The translations under genes were made by a program, and so were the position numbers. Under the pieces are notes generated by a model. It had not been told where the DNA came from, did not search any database, and saw only the letters and a list, made by a program, of their open reading frames with translations. Positions 51,136-64,000 of a DNA stretch of 64,000 nt are shown here, piece by piece. The DNA comes from Stegostoma tigrinum (lineage: Eukaryota). The stretch's first letter is position 1; every line of letters begins with the position of its first letter. The stretch lies in NCBI RefSeq assembly GCF_030684315.1, contig NC_081384.1, positions 31,458,935 through 31,522,934 on the forward strand. Reading direction: 5' to 3'.

Positions 51136-52604
51136 TACATTTGATCTGATCCTGACTTACTCCATCGCCAGGATGTGCGTATGTGCTAAACTATTTTGAT
51201 CAGAATTTCACCTGTTCCAGAGTGGAGACTGCACTGGGCGACAGAGAAAGCAGATCCCCAGCCGCAGCCCCTTCACCTGATACGTTCAATTTTTCAGTAT
51301 AGAAAATGCTATTGCACGCTTGGCAGGCAGGAAATATTGCCTATTCTGATTATCCTTGTATTTTTCCAAAATAGCAAGGCAGTTTCATTTGCTCAGATTT
51401 CATTGCATTGCTCTGCAATTTGTGTAATTCACATCCAGCTACCTTCAGTTTTGCAAGTAGTTCGAATTTTTTATGCTATGCCACATTTAGCCAAATTAGT
51501 CAATGGCAGTTAGGATTCGGAAGGCTGCACGAACAGCCAGGAGCATTTTCAGATAGGATAGTTTGCCTTCACACATTTCAATGAAGCAAAGGGGTTACAG
51601 CCTCACTATGTAAACCTAACACATTTAGCAGCGCAGTGTTCCGGTTAATAACGGTTAAATGTGCTAAAGTGTAGTAAGGCCTCGACATTGTTTTATAGAC
51701 TGTTAGTATTGGAATATGACCTCAATAGATCTATTGTTGGACATGGCCAACCAGTGTGCATCTGAATTCAGTCTTCCAAGGGCAGCATGCCTTATTATCG
51801 ACTCAAAGTACATGATCTCTTCCAGCAAGTCTCCTGATATCTATATTGCAGGATTTCACAGCATTAAGTTGGTGTCTTCATATTCCATGGGCACCTCGTA
51901 AGGAAGTTTGGGAAAAATTATGACGATGGCATGTTAGAACTTCGTCATAAGGATTCCTTCCAGGTGGGACTCAAAAACGGAAATTCTTAGCTCGAGGGCA
52001 CTGCAAGGCAATACCGGGCCACATGGTAGCCCTCCCCAATAGCACGATTTAGAAACTACCATAGTTTAGCCCTGTGGTCCTATCATTAGTGAGGGGTGAC
52101 TGAGGGTCACCACAGCTCTGGTGAGGGGAGGGGTTGAGGTGGAGCGTCCTTGATGGTAACCTCAACCAGCGAATTCAGCCTAAAGTGTTCGTGTTACTGC
52201 AAATCAGCCACCCAGGCCAACTAAAATATCGAACAGACATGAAACTCGATCAAGTAGCAAAGACCACGACTTGAAAAGCTAAATTTCAAAATATTTATTA
52301 CTAATTGGTGTAATTTGAGAAAAAAAGATCTCGTGCCATAAATAGTTTATAAAAACATACGTAGTGCAGCAACTCGAACATACAAAAGTTCTACTACATT
52401 TCAAATATGTTCACATACCAGATAGATATGAACGTCGCATTAAATATTAAGGTTATATTGTGAATTAGACTATTCTGACCAAATGTCATTCTAACAGTTA
52501 TATTGGCTTGATTCGCTTGATCGTTCAAAATAACATTTCTATAAAACTTTAATACTTAAATATTAAATAATAATCGGTTTTCAATAATTATCTGTGGAAA
52601 GTCT

Positions 52605-54024
52605 TTAGTTGCTTCTGCTTAGTTGTCCCGTTATGAACTGCAGCTGTTGTAAACGGGCTGTGGTCTCAGCGCGGATTATTTCCCAGGAGCAGTCACTGAA
52701 TCTCTGAAAAATGGGAACATTGAGAAAAAGCCATCAATAAATGAATAGATTTAAACGGGCTGACATGAACTGAACGCCAGTTGTCTATTTCGCACCTTCA
52801 GCTTGAGAAACTTGTTCAGTTTCCTGAAGTATTTGAGAATGATGGAGTTTCTCTTCTGCCTGGAGCCTGCTCCTGGTTTCCTCACACACGTTTCCAACTC
52901 CTGGAGCTGTCGATCCAGGAGAAGGCGGAAGTTTTCGACCTGCTCCCGGGCCCAGGTGACTGACCCCAGGTTCCTGCTGTAGATCTTGCTGATGTGACGC
53001 AAGGTTTGGTGGACAATCTGGATCCTTTCCTGAGCCTGAGAAAATAACACGGAAGGACATTTCTCGTGTAACTTACGATTGCAATCGACATTTTAAACCG
53101 AAAATGTATAGTTGTTTGAATTTACAAATGCATTATAGTTACTCCTAACAATATTGATTAATACAGAGGTGCTTCCTACTACATCACCCTAGGCCTGGCT
53201 GACAGTTTAACAACAAACTTTAGGAGGGAAAGCGATTAACTTCAAAATATTCCCAATCGATTTATTCATTGCATGCTAAACACTAAACTTTCAGATCAAC
53301 ATTTAAGATAATTGACCAGCTTCTTGTTGTTGCCGGAGTGGAGATATTTCCCATTTACTTATTCCGCTGGACAACCTGGGCGAAATTTGAGGGTTTACAA
53401 GAAACATACTCACCTGTGACCGTTTGACAAGCTGGTGCAAATCCAAGGGTTCGATTTGCAGTGATTCTCTGGTTATTACACACTGCAATGGAAAGGTCCC
53501 ACCCTATGACAGGACACAGATTGTCAGAACCAGCTCCGAACACATGCTTAAACAAGTGGTAGTTACTCTTAGAAATGTTTCTCCTAAAGCATCTGCAGCT
53601 ATTCATTATCACTGAACAATTTGCTTGTCAACTTTAGCTCACATATTTAAATATCCGTCTAATTAAATCAGTCACTTTCGTTGTAAAAATGTCTCGCTTT
53701 TCAACACATTTCATTTCGCATTTTTATACTTAAGCGTTCTTTCAAGGAGGTATTCCACATAGCATGATGCAATCTTAGAATACAAAACATCCAACCTCAA
53801 CAATTTCTGGAAAGGAGAATGTCTCGAGAAAACTGATTAAGTTGAAGTTGAGGAATGTCCTGCCCATCCCAAGGATCTCTCCACTAACTCACCATGTCCG
53901 TTAGGATCTTCAGAGCATCCCTGTTTAGCACTTGCTGTAACTGCAGTCTTTGGCAGTCTTGGCTCAGGATCCCGGGCAACAAGACAAACAAAATGCACAG
54001 TCCCCAGACACCAAGAAAACCCAT
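52605..54024 (-). CDS. IFN1: Type I interferon, gene 6 (4 exons, 186 aa)
   Basis: Exons 54024-53893, 53503-53414 (GGTFPLQCVITRESLQIEPLDLHQLVKRSQ), 53035-52796, 52703-52605 (RFSDCSWEIIRAETTARLQQLQFITGQLSRSN*); GT-AG, phase 0. Confidence 0.93.
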
Positions 54025-54167
54025 GTTCAACAGTACAAGATATAACAGCGATCTGAGACTGCAGAGAGTGACTGGATCAGACTTCAGCTCCGAAGACGGT
54101 ACCAACACGAGCTGAACTCCTTCCGTGGTGGGTCGTAAGGAATATTCCTACTGTGTGAGCTGGGCCT

Positions 54168-54303
54168 ATTTTAAGGTATACACTAGGATATTCCTTTGAC
54201 GTTATAAAAACAGATCAATTTTGCTTCTAACCACAGTGTATTTTCAGGGAATCTTTTAACTTCATTCTCAAAGTGACTTCTTCATTTGGAACTTTTCACT
54301 TTC
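54168..54303 (-). promoter_or_regulatory. IFN gene 6 promoter
   Basis: TTAAAA about 54169-54174, TGACGTTA 54197-54204, degenerate kB GGGAATCTTT 54247-54256, IRF site GAAAGTGAAAAGT (minus) 54291-54303. Confidence 0.62.
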
Positions 54304-56090
54304 TGCTTAATTAAAAGTGCGAACTGTCTATGATAAATAAATTTACAGGACTTATTCATTGTTAAAAGTGCATATCTGGATTTCACGTTGGTTACTTCTC
54401 AGGTCCAAGAACTAACAAAACTATTTCATATAATCTTATATTACAATTTTAAATCCTAAAATGCATTTTTGTACCAAAAACCTTTCAGGTCCTTGTCAGC
54501 ACAGAATGTCACATACCTAGATGATATTAAACATATTTTGATCATTTTACCTGAGAAAGTTTCACTAGTCTGAGAGGGAAACCCCATTCTGGGGATGAAG
54601 GAATTATTCTGAGGATAGATTAAGAAGATATGATCTCCATTCCCTGGAACCTAGTAAAATGAGAAGTGATACCTTTGAAACACATTAAATGTTGAACTGT
54701 TTGGTAGGAGTCAACACTACAAACTGCATTTTCCATACCAGAGGCTTCTAGGACTGAGTGTTACAGTCTGAGCAGACGACATTTGTTACTGAGATGAGGA
54801 GAAGCTTACAGGGCCAGAAATGTAGATGGGATGGTGGTGTATTTGCAATGTTTCTGGGTTTGGTAGCCAAAAGGTCTAAGCTAATATTTAGTGAGCATGT
54901 ATTCAAATCCCATAATCGCATCTGGTGAAATGTAAATTCAGTTAGTTAATCTGAAATTGAAAAGTAGCCTCAGTGGTACTGAACATGAAGCTCTCATTGC
55001 CAATGATGGAATCTGATCCGTTTCTCCTTTTCTTTAAAGCAAGAAGTCTGCCACATTTCCCTTATCTGGCATGCATGTGCCTCTAGACTTGTGGCTGTGT
55101 GATGAACTGACCCCTGAAATTCCCCAAGGCATTCGATAGCCACTATCACCAGCTTCAATTAGTGAACAGTGACATAGTCTTCCACACGCTATGGAAGGGG
55201 CTCTGCCTCCTTTTGCCAGAGAAAAATATTTTGAAGAAAGGTTAACTTCAACTCTTGGACCTGTTGTTACATTGAAAATATATCCAAAAGGGTTTGGGAA
55301 AAAAATCAGCAGAATCTAACTACACTCCAGAGATGTGATATTACAACATCAACAATGTTAGTTTAAAGCCATGAGTTGTAACTGTTAAAAGCAAATAGGA
55401 AACATGGTTCACACACCAACAGGAGGTGATGGTATAGTGGTAATGTCATTTCACTTGTAATCCAGAACCCAAACTCATATTCTAGGCTCATGGGTTTGAA
55501 TGTTACTCCAGTAGATAGTGAAATTTGAATTCAATAAAAGAGCCAGTCTAATGGCAACTATGCAACTTTTGATTATTGTGAAAACCCGTCTGTTTCAAAA
55601 GCATCCTTCAGGGAGGGAAATCTGTTGTTCCTACCTGGGCTGCTTGACATCTGACTCCAGACCCACAGTTAATTGTTCTGTTAGCAATTATACATGATCA
55701 ATTAACACTAGCCTAGCCAGTGATGCTGCGTCCCATTAATGAATAAAAAAAGATTAAGCTCAATGGCCAGCCAATCTGCGAGTTTAACAATTTCAGAGTG
55801 CTTCAAGGATTGTCCAGTGCATCTTGCTATCACAGTGACTGTAACTACTGTTTGAATGTTATATTTTTTAAGTTGCAAGAATAAACTGTTTGAACATGTC
55901 AGATGTTTGTAGTGCCTCACAAGCCCAACCGAACACAAAAATGGTTACAGAATGGTTGTGGTCAAACCTTGCATGTCATTTATATTCATTGATCTGAAGA
56001 ATGTAATAATGCAAACCCTTCAGTTTTCTACCAAGCTGCTAACTTTAAACAAAAGGGAGTAAAATGTCCCTTATAATACCTATCAAATTT

Positions 56091-56401
56091 GGGTGGCACG
56101 GTGGCTCAGTGGTTAGCACTGTAGTCTCACAGCACCAGGGACCCGGGTTCCATTCCAGCCTCGGGCAACTGTCTGTGTGGACTTTGCACATTCTCCCCAC
56201 GTCTGCATGGGTTTCCTTTGGGTGCTCCCACAGACCAAAAGATGTGCAGGTTAGGTGGATTGGCCATGCTAAATCGCCTGTACTGTTCAGAGGTGTGTGG
56301 GTTATAGGGGGATGGGTTTGGGTGGGATGGTCCAAAGGGCAGTGTGGACTTGTTGGGCTGAAGGGCCTGTTTCCACACTGTAGGGAATCTAATCTAATCT
56401 A
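56091..56401 (+). mobile_element. tRNA-derived SINE (HE1/V-SINE-like), full length
   Basis: Pol III A/B-box-like head, conserved core, (AATCT)n tail. Further copies at about 57940-58310 (+) and 63830-64000 (-). Confidence 0.85.
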
Positions 56402-57088
56402 AAAATCAACAAACTATGTACAAAAATGGACGTCAGGTCAAAACTTGATCAGTGCAGGAGAAAGATGGATATCAACAGAAACTGTAGGACTGGGTATCAA
56501 AAGGGAGAGCATTAGGGAGCTGAGTATTTTGTCAGCAACAGTTGGATAATGGAAAATGGAGTCTCAAATCAGACGACTAAAGAGTGCATATGTCAAGAGA
56601 AACCATGGAGAATTCGAACATGAGATATCTGGCAGAGGCAGAGATGAATCCTTTAGAAGGCAACAAGTTTGGAGATATTTGATGACTGGGTGTAGAGCAA
56701 ACAGTTCTAGGGTGAAGGGATGATGTGGAGGTGCTGTTGTTGGACTGGGTGGACAAGGTCAGATATCACATGGCAATAGGTTACAGTCCAACGGGTTAAT
56801 TTGAAAACACAAGCTTTCACTATTCAATGGTGTGACCCTTTGGTCTTTTACTTATAAACTCTGGGAGCGAAGGGAGAAATATCCATGTGGTGAACTGCAC
56901 CGCTGTGCTACAACAAAAGGAAATGTTATCCATCTGCTTGTGATCAGGTGAGGTCTCCAGTGCCAAGTAACTTGCATAACAATTGAGGAGAGATGAGCAT
57001 AATTTCAACAGATGCAGCATATAAATGGATAGTTCAGCCTGTGCACATCAGCAACAAACTGAGGGATAAACAAGTGAGGTATAAAAGG

Positions 57089-57291
57089 GGATAACAAGGT
57101 GTAGACCTGGATGCACACAGCAGGCCAGGCAGCATCAGAGGGGCAGGAAGGCTGACGTTTCGGGCCTAGACCTTTCTTCAGAAAAAAGGTTTTTTTTTCT
57201 GAAGAACGGTCTTGACCTAAAACGTCAGCTTTCCTGCTCCTCAGATGCTACTTGACCTACTGTGTGCATCCAGGTCTACACTGTGATATCT
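57089..57291. mobile_element. Penelope-derived head-to-head palindromic element
   Basis: About 100-bp inverted arms centred near 57190; minus-strand CTGAAGA-AAGGTCTAGGCCC-GAAACGTC at 57181-57154. Confidence 0.8.
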
Positions 57292-57454
57292 ATGACTATT
57301 ATTGGTACCTGCAGCCATTTGCGGTGTCCCAGCTATGGCAAGCGACTGTGGACAAACCTCTAACCCAGCTTGGCTAGTCATAGACAGGTAAGGGGGGTTT
57401 GGGGTTAATGGTGTAAGGCTCTTCTAAGGAAGGGAAGTGGATTAGGACAGGTAG

Positions 57455-57485
<31 letters not shown>

Positions 57486-57763
57486 TCTCTCTCTCTCTCC
57501 CCCCCTATCTTTTCCCTCTTAGTATAACAATAGTCACCCACTGTATTTATTTTACCCGCTGTATTAATTAACCAGGGGTTAAGGTAACTGGGAGACAATC
57601 TCAGTCAGAGACAAGAGAGAGGGTTTAAATTTGATAGTCACTTTCTTGGTTTGTAAATATATTAATTTTGCTTTTTTGTTGAATAAAATCAGAGTTTTCT
57701 TGGCCTCTGAAACATCTGCCTCCAGTGTTCTCCACCACCACACATATAAGCATGGTGTCAGAA
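57292..57763 (+). mobile_element. Candidate retroviral LTR 3' part plus tRNA-Leu primer binding site
   Basis: (CT)n tract, AATAAA at about 57682, ends in CA at 57752, followed immediately by TGGTGTCAGAA (11-nt match to the complement of the tRNA-Leu(CAA) 3' end). Confidence 0.5.
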
Positions 57764-58319
57764 CCAGGGAGCTGGTAAACAGTGAACCAGGCAGCACTCC
57801 TTACACACTTTTCAAAAATGTAATCAGTAAAATCATTTGGAACAAGTTGTGAAATGCAGAATAATATGGTTTATGAGTACAAAACAAGAACACATATTTC
57901 TTTCTGATTCAAGCTTCCACATACTTGTGGGAGATACCATATAGGATGGAATGGTGTCTCATTACCTAGCAGTGCTGCCTTTCACCGCCAGGGTTCGGAG
58001 TTTAATTCCATCCTCAGGCAATTGTCTGTAGGATGTTTGCACATCCTCCCTGTCTCTATGTGTGTTTCTTCCAGGTGCTCTGGTCTCCTCCAAAGACATG
58101 CAGGTTAGGTGGATTGGTCAAGTTGAAATGCCTTGTGCTGTCCAGGGATGTGCAGACTAGGTGAACTAGTCATAGTTAATGTGAGGTTATGGAGATAGGG
58201 TAAAGAGGGGGTGGTGGTGGTGAGCTGATTGGGATACTCTTCAGTGTGTTGGTGTGGACTCAATGCGCTGAATGTTCTGCTTCCATGCTGTTGGGATTTG
58301 TTTATTCTATACTTGGGAG

Positions 58320-59950
58320 GATGAAAGAGGTATTCAAGAAAGGGAGTAAGAACAGTTCTTGGACTGCAGGCCAGTAAATTTAAGATGAGTAGTGTTTAAG
58401 ATTTTAGAACAATAATTTGAGAAAAGTCAACAGATAGATTTGAGCTAATTAAAAAACATCAGCAAGGATTTTTGTAAGGTGGATCATGTTTGACTGATCG
58501 TATTGAATTTATTCATAAAGTAACAGGTTGATGAAGGGCATGCAGTAGATGTTGCCTATATAGATCTTAAGAAACTGGTTGATAAGCTGCCACATAGAAA
58601 GCTAGATAACAACATTGAATGTCATGAAATAGCAGGATTACTGTCCAATGAGTGATCTCATGGCCAAGTGGTGTTATTGCAAATTCTGACATGACAGGCT
58701 TTAATTGAATTCAACAAAAAAAACCTAAAAAAATCTATAAGAGTCTAATAATGACCATTAAACCATTGATGATTATTGGTGGAATGCCCATTTGGTTCAC
58801 TAATGCCCTTTATGCAAGGAAATCTACCATCCTTACCTGGTCTGATCTACATAAGACTGCAGACCAATAGCAATATGGTTGACTCCTAACAGACCTCTGG
58901 TAATAAATGCAGGCTTGGACTGCAATGCACACATCCTGCAAATGAATTTTTAAAAATTGCCCTGGGGACAGAAAACCATGAGGTTTGTTTTTAGACATTT
59001 AGATATTTACTAAATACAAATGATCCTGAATGTAGCATAAAATTTTCCATTGATATCAAACTTGGAAGAATAGTAAACAGTGAGAATGATAAAAATTGCC
59101 TGCAACATCACATAGATAAGAAGCAGAATGGACAGAAAAGGTAAAATTTAATAAAAGGAAGTGTGATGCATTTGGCAGCGGGGACAGGGAGAAGAAATAT
59201 AAATTCAGTCGTATAATTTAGAAGAGTATGCAGGAATAGGAGGAAATATGTGCATATCAATCTTTCAGGATGACAGGACATATTGTGGAATGATTTGTAA
59301 ATCAGATGGGATCATGAGTTTCATAAATAGAGGTGTTGGATGCAAAAAAGCAAGGCAGTTTTGCTGTTCCATTATGTAAAGTTGTCGTACTCCTACTGGA
59401 CTATTTCGTTGCTCTTCCATTAGACAGAGGGACAACCTGTAGTGGTTTAACCTGAAGGTCACTATCTTGAGCCATTATGAAGTTGGTTATGACTCAACCA
59501 GAGCATTGCATCTAGTTCTGGTCATCCCACTTCAGGAAGGGTTGGCAGGGTTCAGTAGAGATTCACCATAGTTGTTCCATGGATGGGATATTTTAATAAC
59601 AAGATTAGATTGAAACAGTATAACAAGTTTAGATAAGGTGGACAAGCAAAGCTATTCCCATTATCTGATTGTACAAGGGACAGTGGGTCACAGATTTAAA
59701 GATACAGGGAGAATGTGAGGAAAAATGTTTTTAGATAGCAAGTAGTAATGACTCAGAATTTGCTGCCAACAAGAGTGGAAGTGGAAACACTGAATCATTT
59801 CAAAAGAAACAGCACTTGAACAACACAAACTTCCAGAGCCATGATTACTAGCAGAGCGCTGAGACTGACTAGATTGCTCTGCAGCAAGCAGAGTAGATTC
59901 AAGGGGCTAACTGGCCTCCTTTTGTGCTGTAAGTTACTCTATCATTCCTC
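58320..59950 (+). mobile_element. Decayed CR1-like LINE ORF2
   Basis: Degenerate RT motifs (QQGF..GGSCLT, VDVAYIDLKK..DKLPHRKL) and CR1-type 3' region, interrupted by short elements. Confidence 0.7.
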
Positions 59951-60689
59951 CTGTAATTGAATAAGCGGCATAGATCAATGTGAGTCTATGCTTACAAGTT
60001 TGCCAGGAATTTCACTTGTTCCACTTGAGTGGAGGTAACACCAGCACTATTTATTTCTATTTATTCTTGGGATGTGAGTATTGCTAGTAAACCCAGTGTT
60101 TTTTTCCCATCCATAACTGCCCTTGAGAAGGTAGTGTTCAGCTATCTTTTGAGTCACTGTATAGGGTGGGCAGGAGGACTAAAACATAATGATGATATTT
60201 GACAACTGCATGGGAGAATAGATTTGACAGAATGGGAAAATAGGCTGGGAAAGTTTAGGATGATACATGAAAAGCTGTATGACCTTGAATGAATCCTGTG
60301 AACATTTCTTTATAGGCTGAAGACGGCGCCTGCAACTTGTTTCTCTGTAGCTGTATTTTGTCTTCTGCATCTGCTTTAGTTGTTCCAGCTGTTTGTTACA
60401 TTGCATTAGAGAGGGAATTTTGTTCCAAATTTCCGGACTTCACTTTGGACTGGGATCGTGGACGGTGCCAGGAAGAACCTCAGCCTCCAGACCAGCCATC
60501 GATGGAGTAGTCCCTGACAGCAGAAGGACATGAGGCATGTTGTTATTTTATCCCATGCTTTTTCATTTTTTTAACTTAATAAATGTTCTTTCCTTTTTTT
60601 ATCTTTTATTATTATTCAATAATTTCTCGCATTTAAGCAAATTGCCGTTGTCGAGCCTCCTCTTAACTATATTTTACTGAATCAGGAAA

Positions 60690-63086
60690 GAGCCATTTGG
60701 GTACACTCTGTGTTCCAAGGCGGGCAGTAACTGTTGGGAAGGCACAATGGGAGCCCCTCATTCCTCCACCTTCATGGGTGGCTTTGTTGAAACAGTATCA
60801 TATTCCAGGAGGACGTAATGAAATTGTGGATACTATACAGAGTCCTGATAGCTGTAGGGATTCTGACACATGCAGTATCTGCATACAATCGCCCTATGTG
60901 GCCTCTAAAGAAGCCTGATGGAAGTTGGCGAATGACAATTGACTGCTGCCAACTCAACAAATATGTTCCTTCACTGTCGGCAGCTGTGTCTGACATGGTC
61001 ACTGTTTTAAAAGTTTGTCATGGGGGCCAGATTCCTGCTGTGCTATTATTGATCTAGGAAATGCCTTTTTCTCAATACCACTAGCCCCAGAATCACAAAT
61101 TGAGTTTGCTTTTGCATGGGCAGGTCACCAATATACCTTCTTTTGGCTACCACAAGGATACCTACACAGCCCAACTTTATGCCATCCACCAGTATCAAGG
61201 GAATTAGATATGTATCCACTGCCAATCGACATTCACGTAGCGCATTATATTGATGTCATCTTGATCTGTGGGCTAATGGAAATCACTGTGTTGGAAGCTC
61301 TAGCCACACTGTTACAACATATATAAGACGGAGGCTGGAAAGTGAGTCTGAATACGATACAGGGACCAGCATAATCAGTGCAGTTTTTAGGAATTCAATG
61401 GATAAAAAGGGATAGATGCATCCCCGAAAAAGTAATGCATAAAATACAAGAAATGGCTGCTTCAACTAGCAAGACAGAAGCACCGAAATTTATAGGTCTT
61501 CTTGGATATTGGCACAGCCATGTATGTCAATTGACCACATGACTAAGATCAAAAGAAAGCTCAGTTTAAATGGGGCAATGAACAGCAGAAAGCATTTTTA
61601 GCCGATGAAGGGGCTATGGCACTAGCACTTCTCCTGGCCCCTTGGATACCTGGCTAATCCTTTGAATTACAAGTATCTCTAGTACAAGATGGAGCCATGT
61701 CGAGCTTATGGCAGAGGCAAAAGGGGAAAGCAGTACCCTTGGGCTTCTGGTCCAGAAAAATGGCCGAAGCAGCTAAACATTACGCACTATTTGAAAAGCA
61801 ACTTGTGACCTGCTTCCGGGCTCTAGTAGAAACTGGGGGGAAGACAGCCGATGACAAAGTTCTCCTTTGATGTGAATTACCAGTTCTAATGTGATTGTTA
61901 GCTGATGTTACAACCCATAAGACCATGAGATCCCAACAAAACTACATTGTAAAATGGAAATTAGACATAGCTGATCAAGCCAAGAAGGGAAAAGAAAGAG
62001 TTGCCAAACTCCATGTTGGACTGACTGAATATCCACCAGATGGACAAGTTCCAGGTCCCAACTGGGCCATACCTGCATCTCCCATTCAATGGGATGTTCC
62101 TTGAACAACCACCTGAAGATATTCATCAGTGCGCTTGGTTCAGCGATAGATCAGCTACCTGGAAGAATGGCCAAAGTCAGTGGCAAGCAGCTGCATTTAA
62201 TCCCTCCAAACCGATAATTATCCATAGTGAAGGAGATGGGGGAAGTTGAGAAATATGCTGAGTTAGCAGCTGTGGTCCTAGTGCTGTGTTTGTATGAACC
62301 CATGGGCAGTGGTCAACAGAATAGTTGTATGGACGGCCAACCTGACAGTTACATGACTGGAAGATGCCTCGAAAACCCCTGTGGGAAACAAATATGGACA
62401 AAGGTACAACACATATAAGTCGCTGTGTACCATGTTGATGCCTGTGTGAAGGGTGGTTCGGAATCTGCTGATCATAACAATACAATGGAAGGAATAGTCA
62501 AAGCAGAACCAGCATCTGTAGAACTTGCATCTGAAGAGAACCACACTGAAAAATGGGCTTATGGGAAATCAGGACACTTGGGATATAATGGCAATGTGCA
62601 TAGGGAAGAGGTCAAGGTTTGCATTTACCCAACAATCTGGCGAAAGAAGTCATTGGCAAGTGTGAGATATTTCAAAAGGTAAAACATGTTTCACTGCCAA
62701 AAAAGCTAATGGCACAAATCAAGTGAGGAGATTGGACAGCTCAAACCTGGCAGATTGACCATGTTGGCCCATTACTGTTACAACAATGGTATCAATATCT
62801 GTTAATCATGGTGGACACCTACTCTGGGCTAATGCTAGCTTTTCCAACAACCAAACCGAATCAGAGTTACACAGCTAAGGAACTAGAACAGTTGATATCC
62901 TACTATGGTGAAGCATCTGAAATGCGATCAGATAATTGCTCACATTTTGCAGGCCAACAAGTGCAACAATGGGCTGCAGATAAGGGGATACATTTGATGT
63001 TTCACATTCGCTATTACCCTAAAGCAGTGCGCCTTGTAGAACGAATGAATAGGTTAATAAAACAGCAAATTAATTTATTGTTACAG
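60690..63086 (+). mobile_element. pol: Decayed endogenous retrovirus pol (RT-RNaseH-integrase), class III ERV-L/ERV-S-like
   Basis: YNRPMWPLKKPDGSWRMTID, IDLGNAFFSIPL, FAFAWAGHQYTFFWLPQGYLHSPTLCH, HYIDV (decayed YIDD), WFSDRSA (RNase H), WQIDHVGPL, VDTYSGL...SDNCSHF...VERMN (integrase DDE); many stops and frameshifts. Confidence 0.88.
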
Positions 63087-63215
63087 AGATAGTAGGAACT
63101 GCTGATGCTGGAGAATCTGATATAACAAGGTGTAGAGCTGGATGAATACAGCAGGCCAAGCAGTGTCAGAGGAACAGGAAAGCTGATGTTTCGGGTCTAG
63201 ACCCTTCTTCAGAAA
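63087..63215 (-). mobile_element. Penelope-derived short element abutting the truncated ERV integrase
   Basis: Same family as 8014-8150. Confidence 0.75.
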
Positions 63216-64000
63216 AGTAGAGTTGGCTGAGCTAGGTGAGGAGATGGGCATTCTGTGGATCTTTGGAAGAGCATGTTATCTGTGGAAATTAAGTGAAAAC
63301 AATGTGCCTGATAGTGTATGTCTGATAAATTCTAGTGTTGCTTCTGCCACTGTTGCATTGAAAAGGTCACTAATTTGCTTTGGGAGAAGATACCTAATAT
63401 TTGAGGCTGAATAAAAACTAAAAGAACTGCAAATGCTGTAAATCAGAAACCAAAACAGATGTTGCTGGAAAAGTTCAGCAGATCTAGCAGCATTTGTGAA
63501 GACAAAATAGATCTGATGTTTTGAATCGGGAGATCCTTCCTCATGTAACATGTTCAGCAAACTAACATATTATTCTTACACTAGAGAGTGATAAGCAAAA
63601 GTGACAACAAAAAATGTCAGAGAACTGTTGGCATTCACAATGGAGGAAAAGGCTATTTAGAGTCATCAAGTCATAGAATTGTTAAAGCATGGAAAAAGCA
63701 CTGTGTCTGCAGTGGTCATCAGACGTCCATCTACTCTAATCCCATTGTTCAGCACTAGCCAGTAGCTTTCTATGCTATGGCATTTCAAATGCTCATCTAA
63801 ACAGTTCTAAACTGTTCTTAAGGTTTCCAACCTTAGATTCATTGAATCCCTACAGTGTGGAAACAGGCCATTCAGCCCAACAAGTCCACACCACCCATCG
63901 GAAGAGCATCCCACCACAATGCGTTCCTTGACCTCTTATCTAACCTAAACATCCCTGAACACTATGGGAAATTTAGCATGGCCAATCTATCTATCCTGTT

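Noticed and set aside
56091-56170. tRNA gene
   Set aside because: The tRNA-like head continues into a SINE core and tail present in several copies.
60165-60690. Possible LTR directly before the ERV pol (AATAAA at about 60578)
   Set aside because: No clear TG...CA termini, primer site or second copy in the window.

Overview
Eukaryotic (vertebrate) genomic DNA. The SINE, LINE and Penelope repeat complement and the gene structure point to a cartilaginous fish, probably a shark (inference). The window holds a cluster of intron-containing type I interferon genes. There are six four-exon, all-phase-0 genes: five with open reading frames and one with a +1 frameshift in exon 1. Three extra 'orphan' copies of exon 1 are also present, two intact and one decayed. 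The first 22 kb was built by a recent tandem duplication (offset 8374 bp) on top of an older inverted duplication. Promoters carry clustered IRF and NF-kB-like motifs. The cluster is peppered with Penelope-like-element fragments carrying minimal hammerhead-ribozyme cores, two of which lie sense within the predicted transcript of IFN gene 1. The rest is CR1-like LINE and tRNA-derived SINE debris, an LTR with polypurine tract, a decayed Harbinger transposase, and a decayed class III (ERV-L/S-like) retroviral pol with a candidate LTR and tRNA-Leu primer site upstream. Exon coordinates were read by eye; repeat boundaries are approximate; no database search was run.
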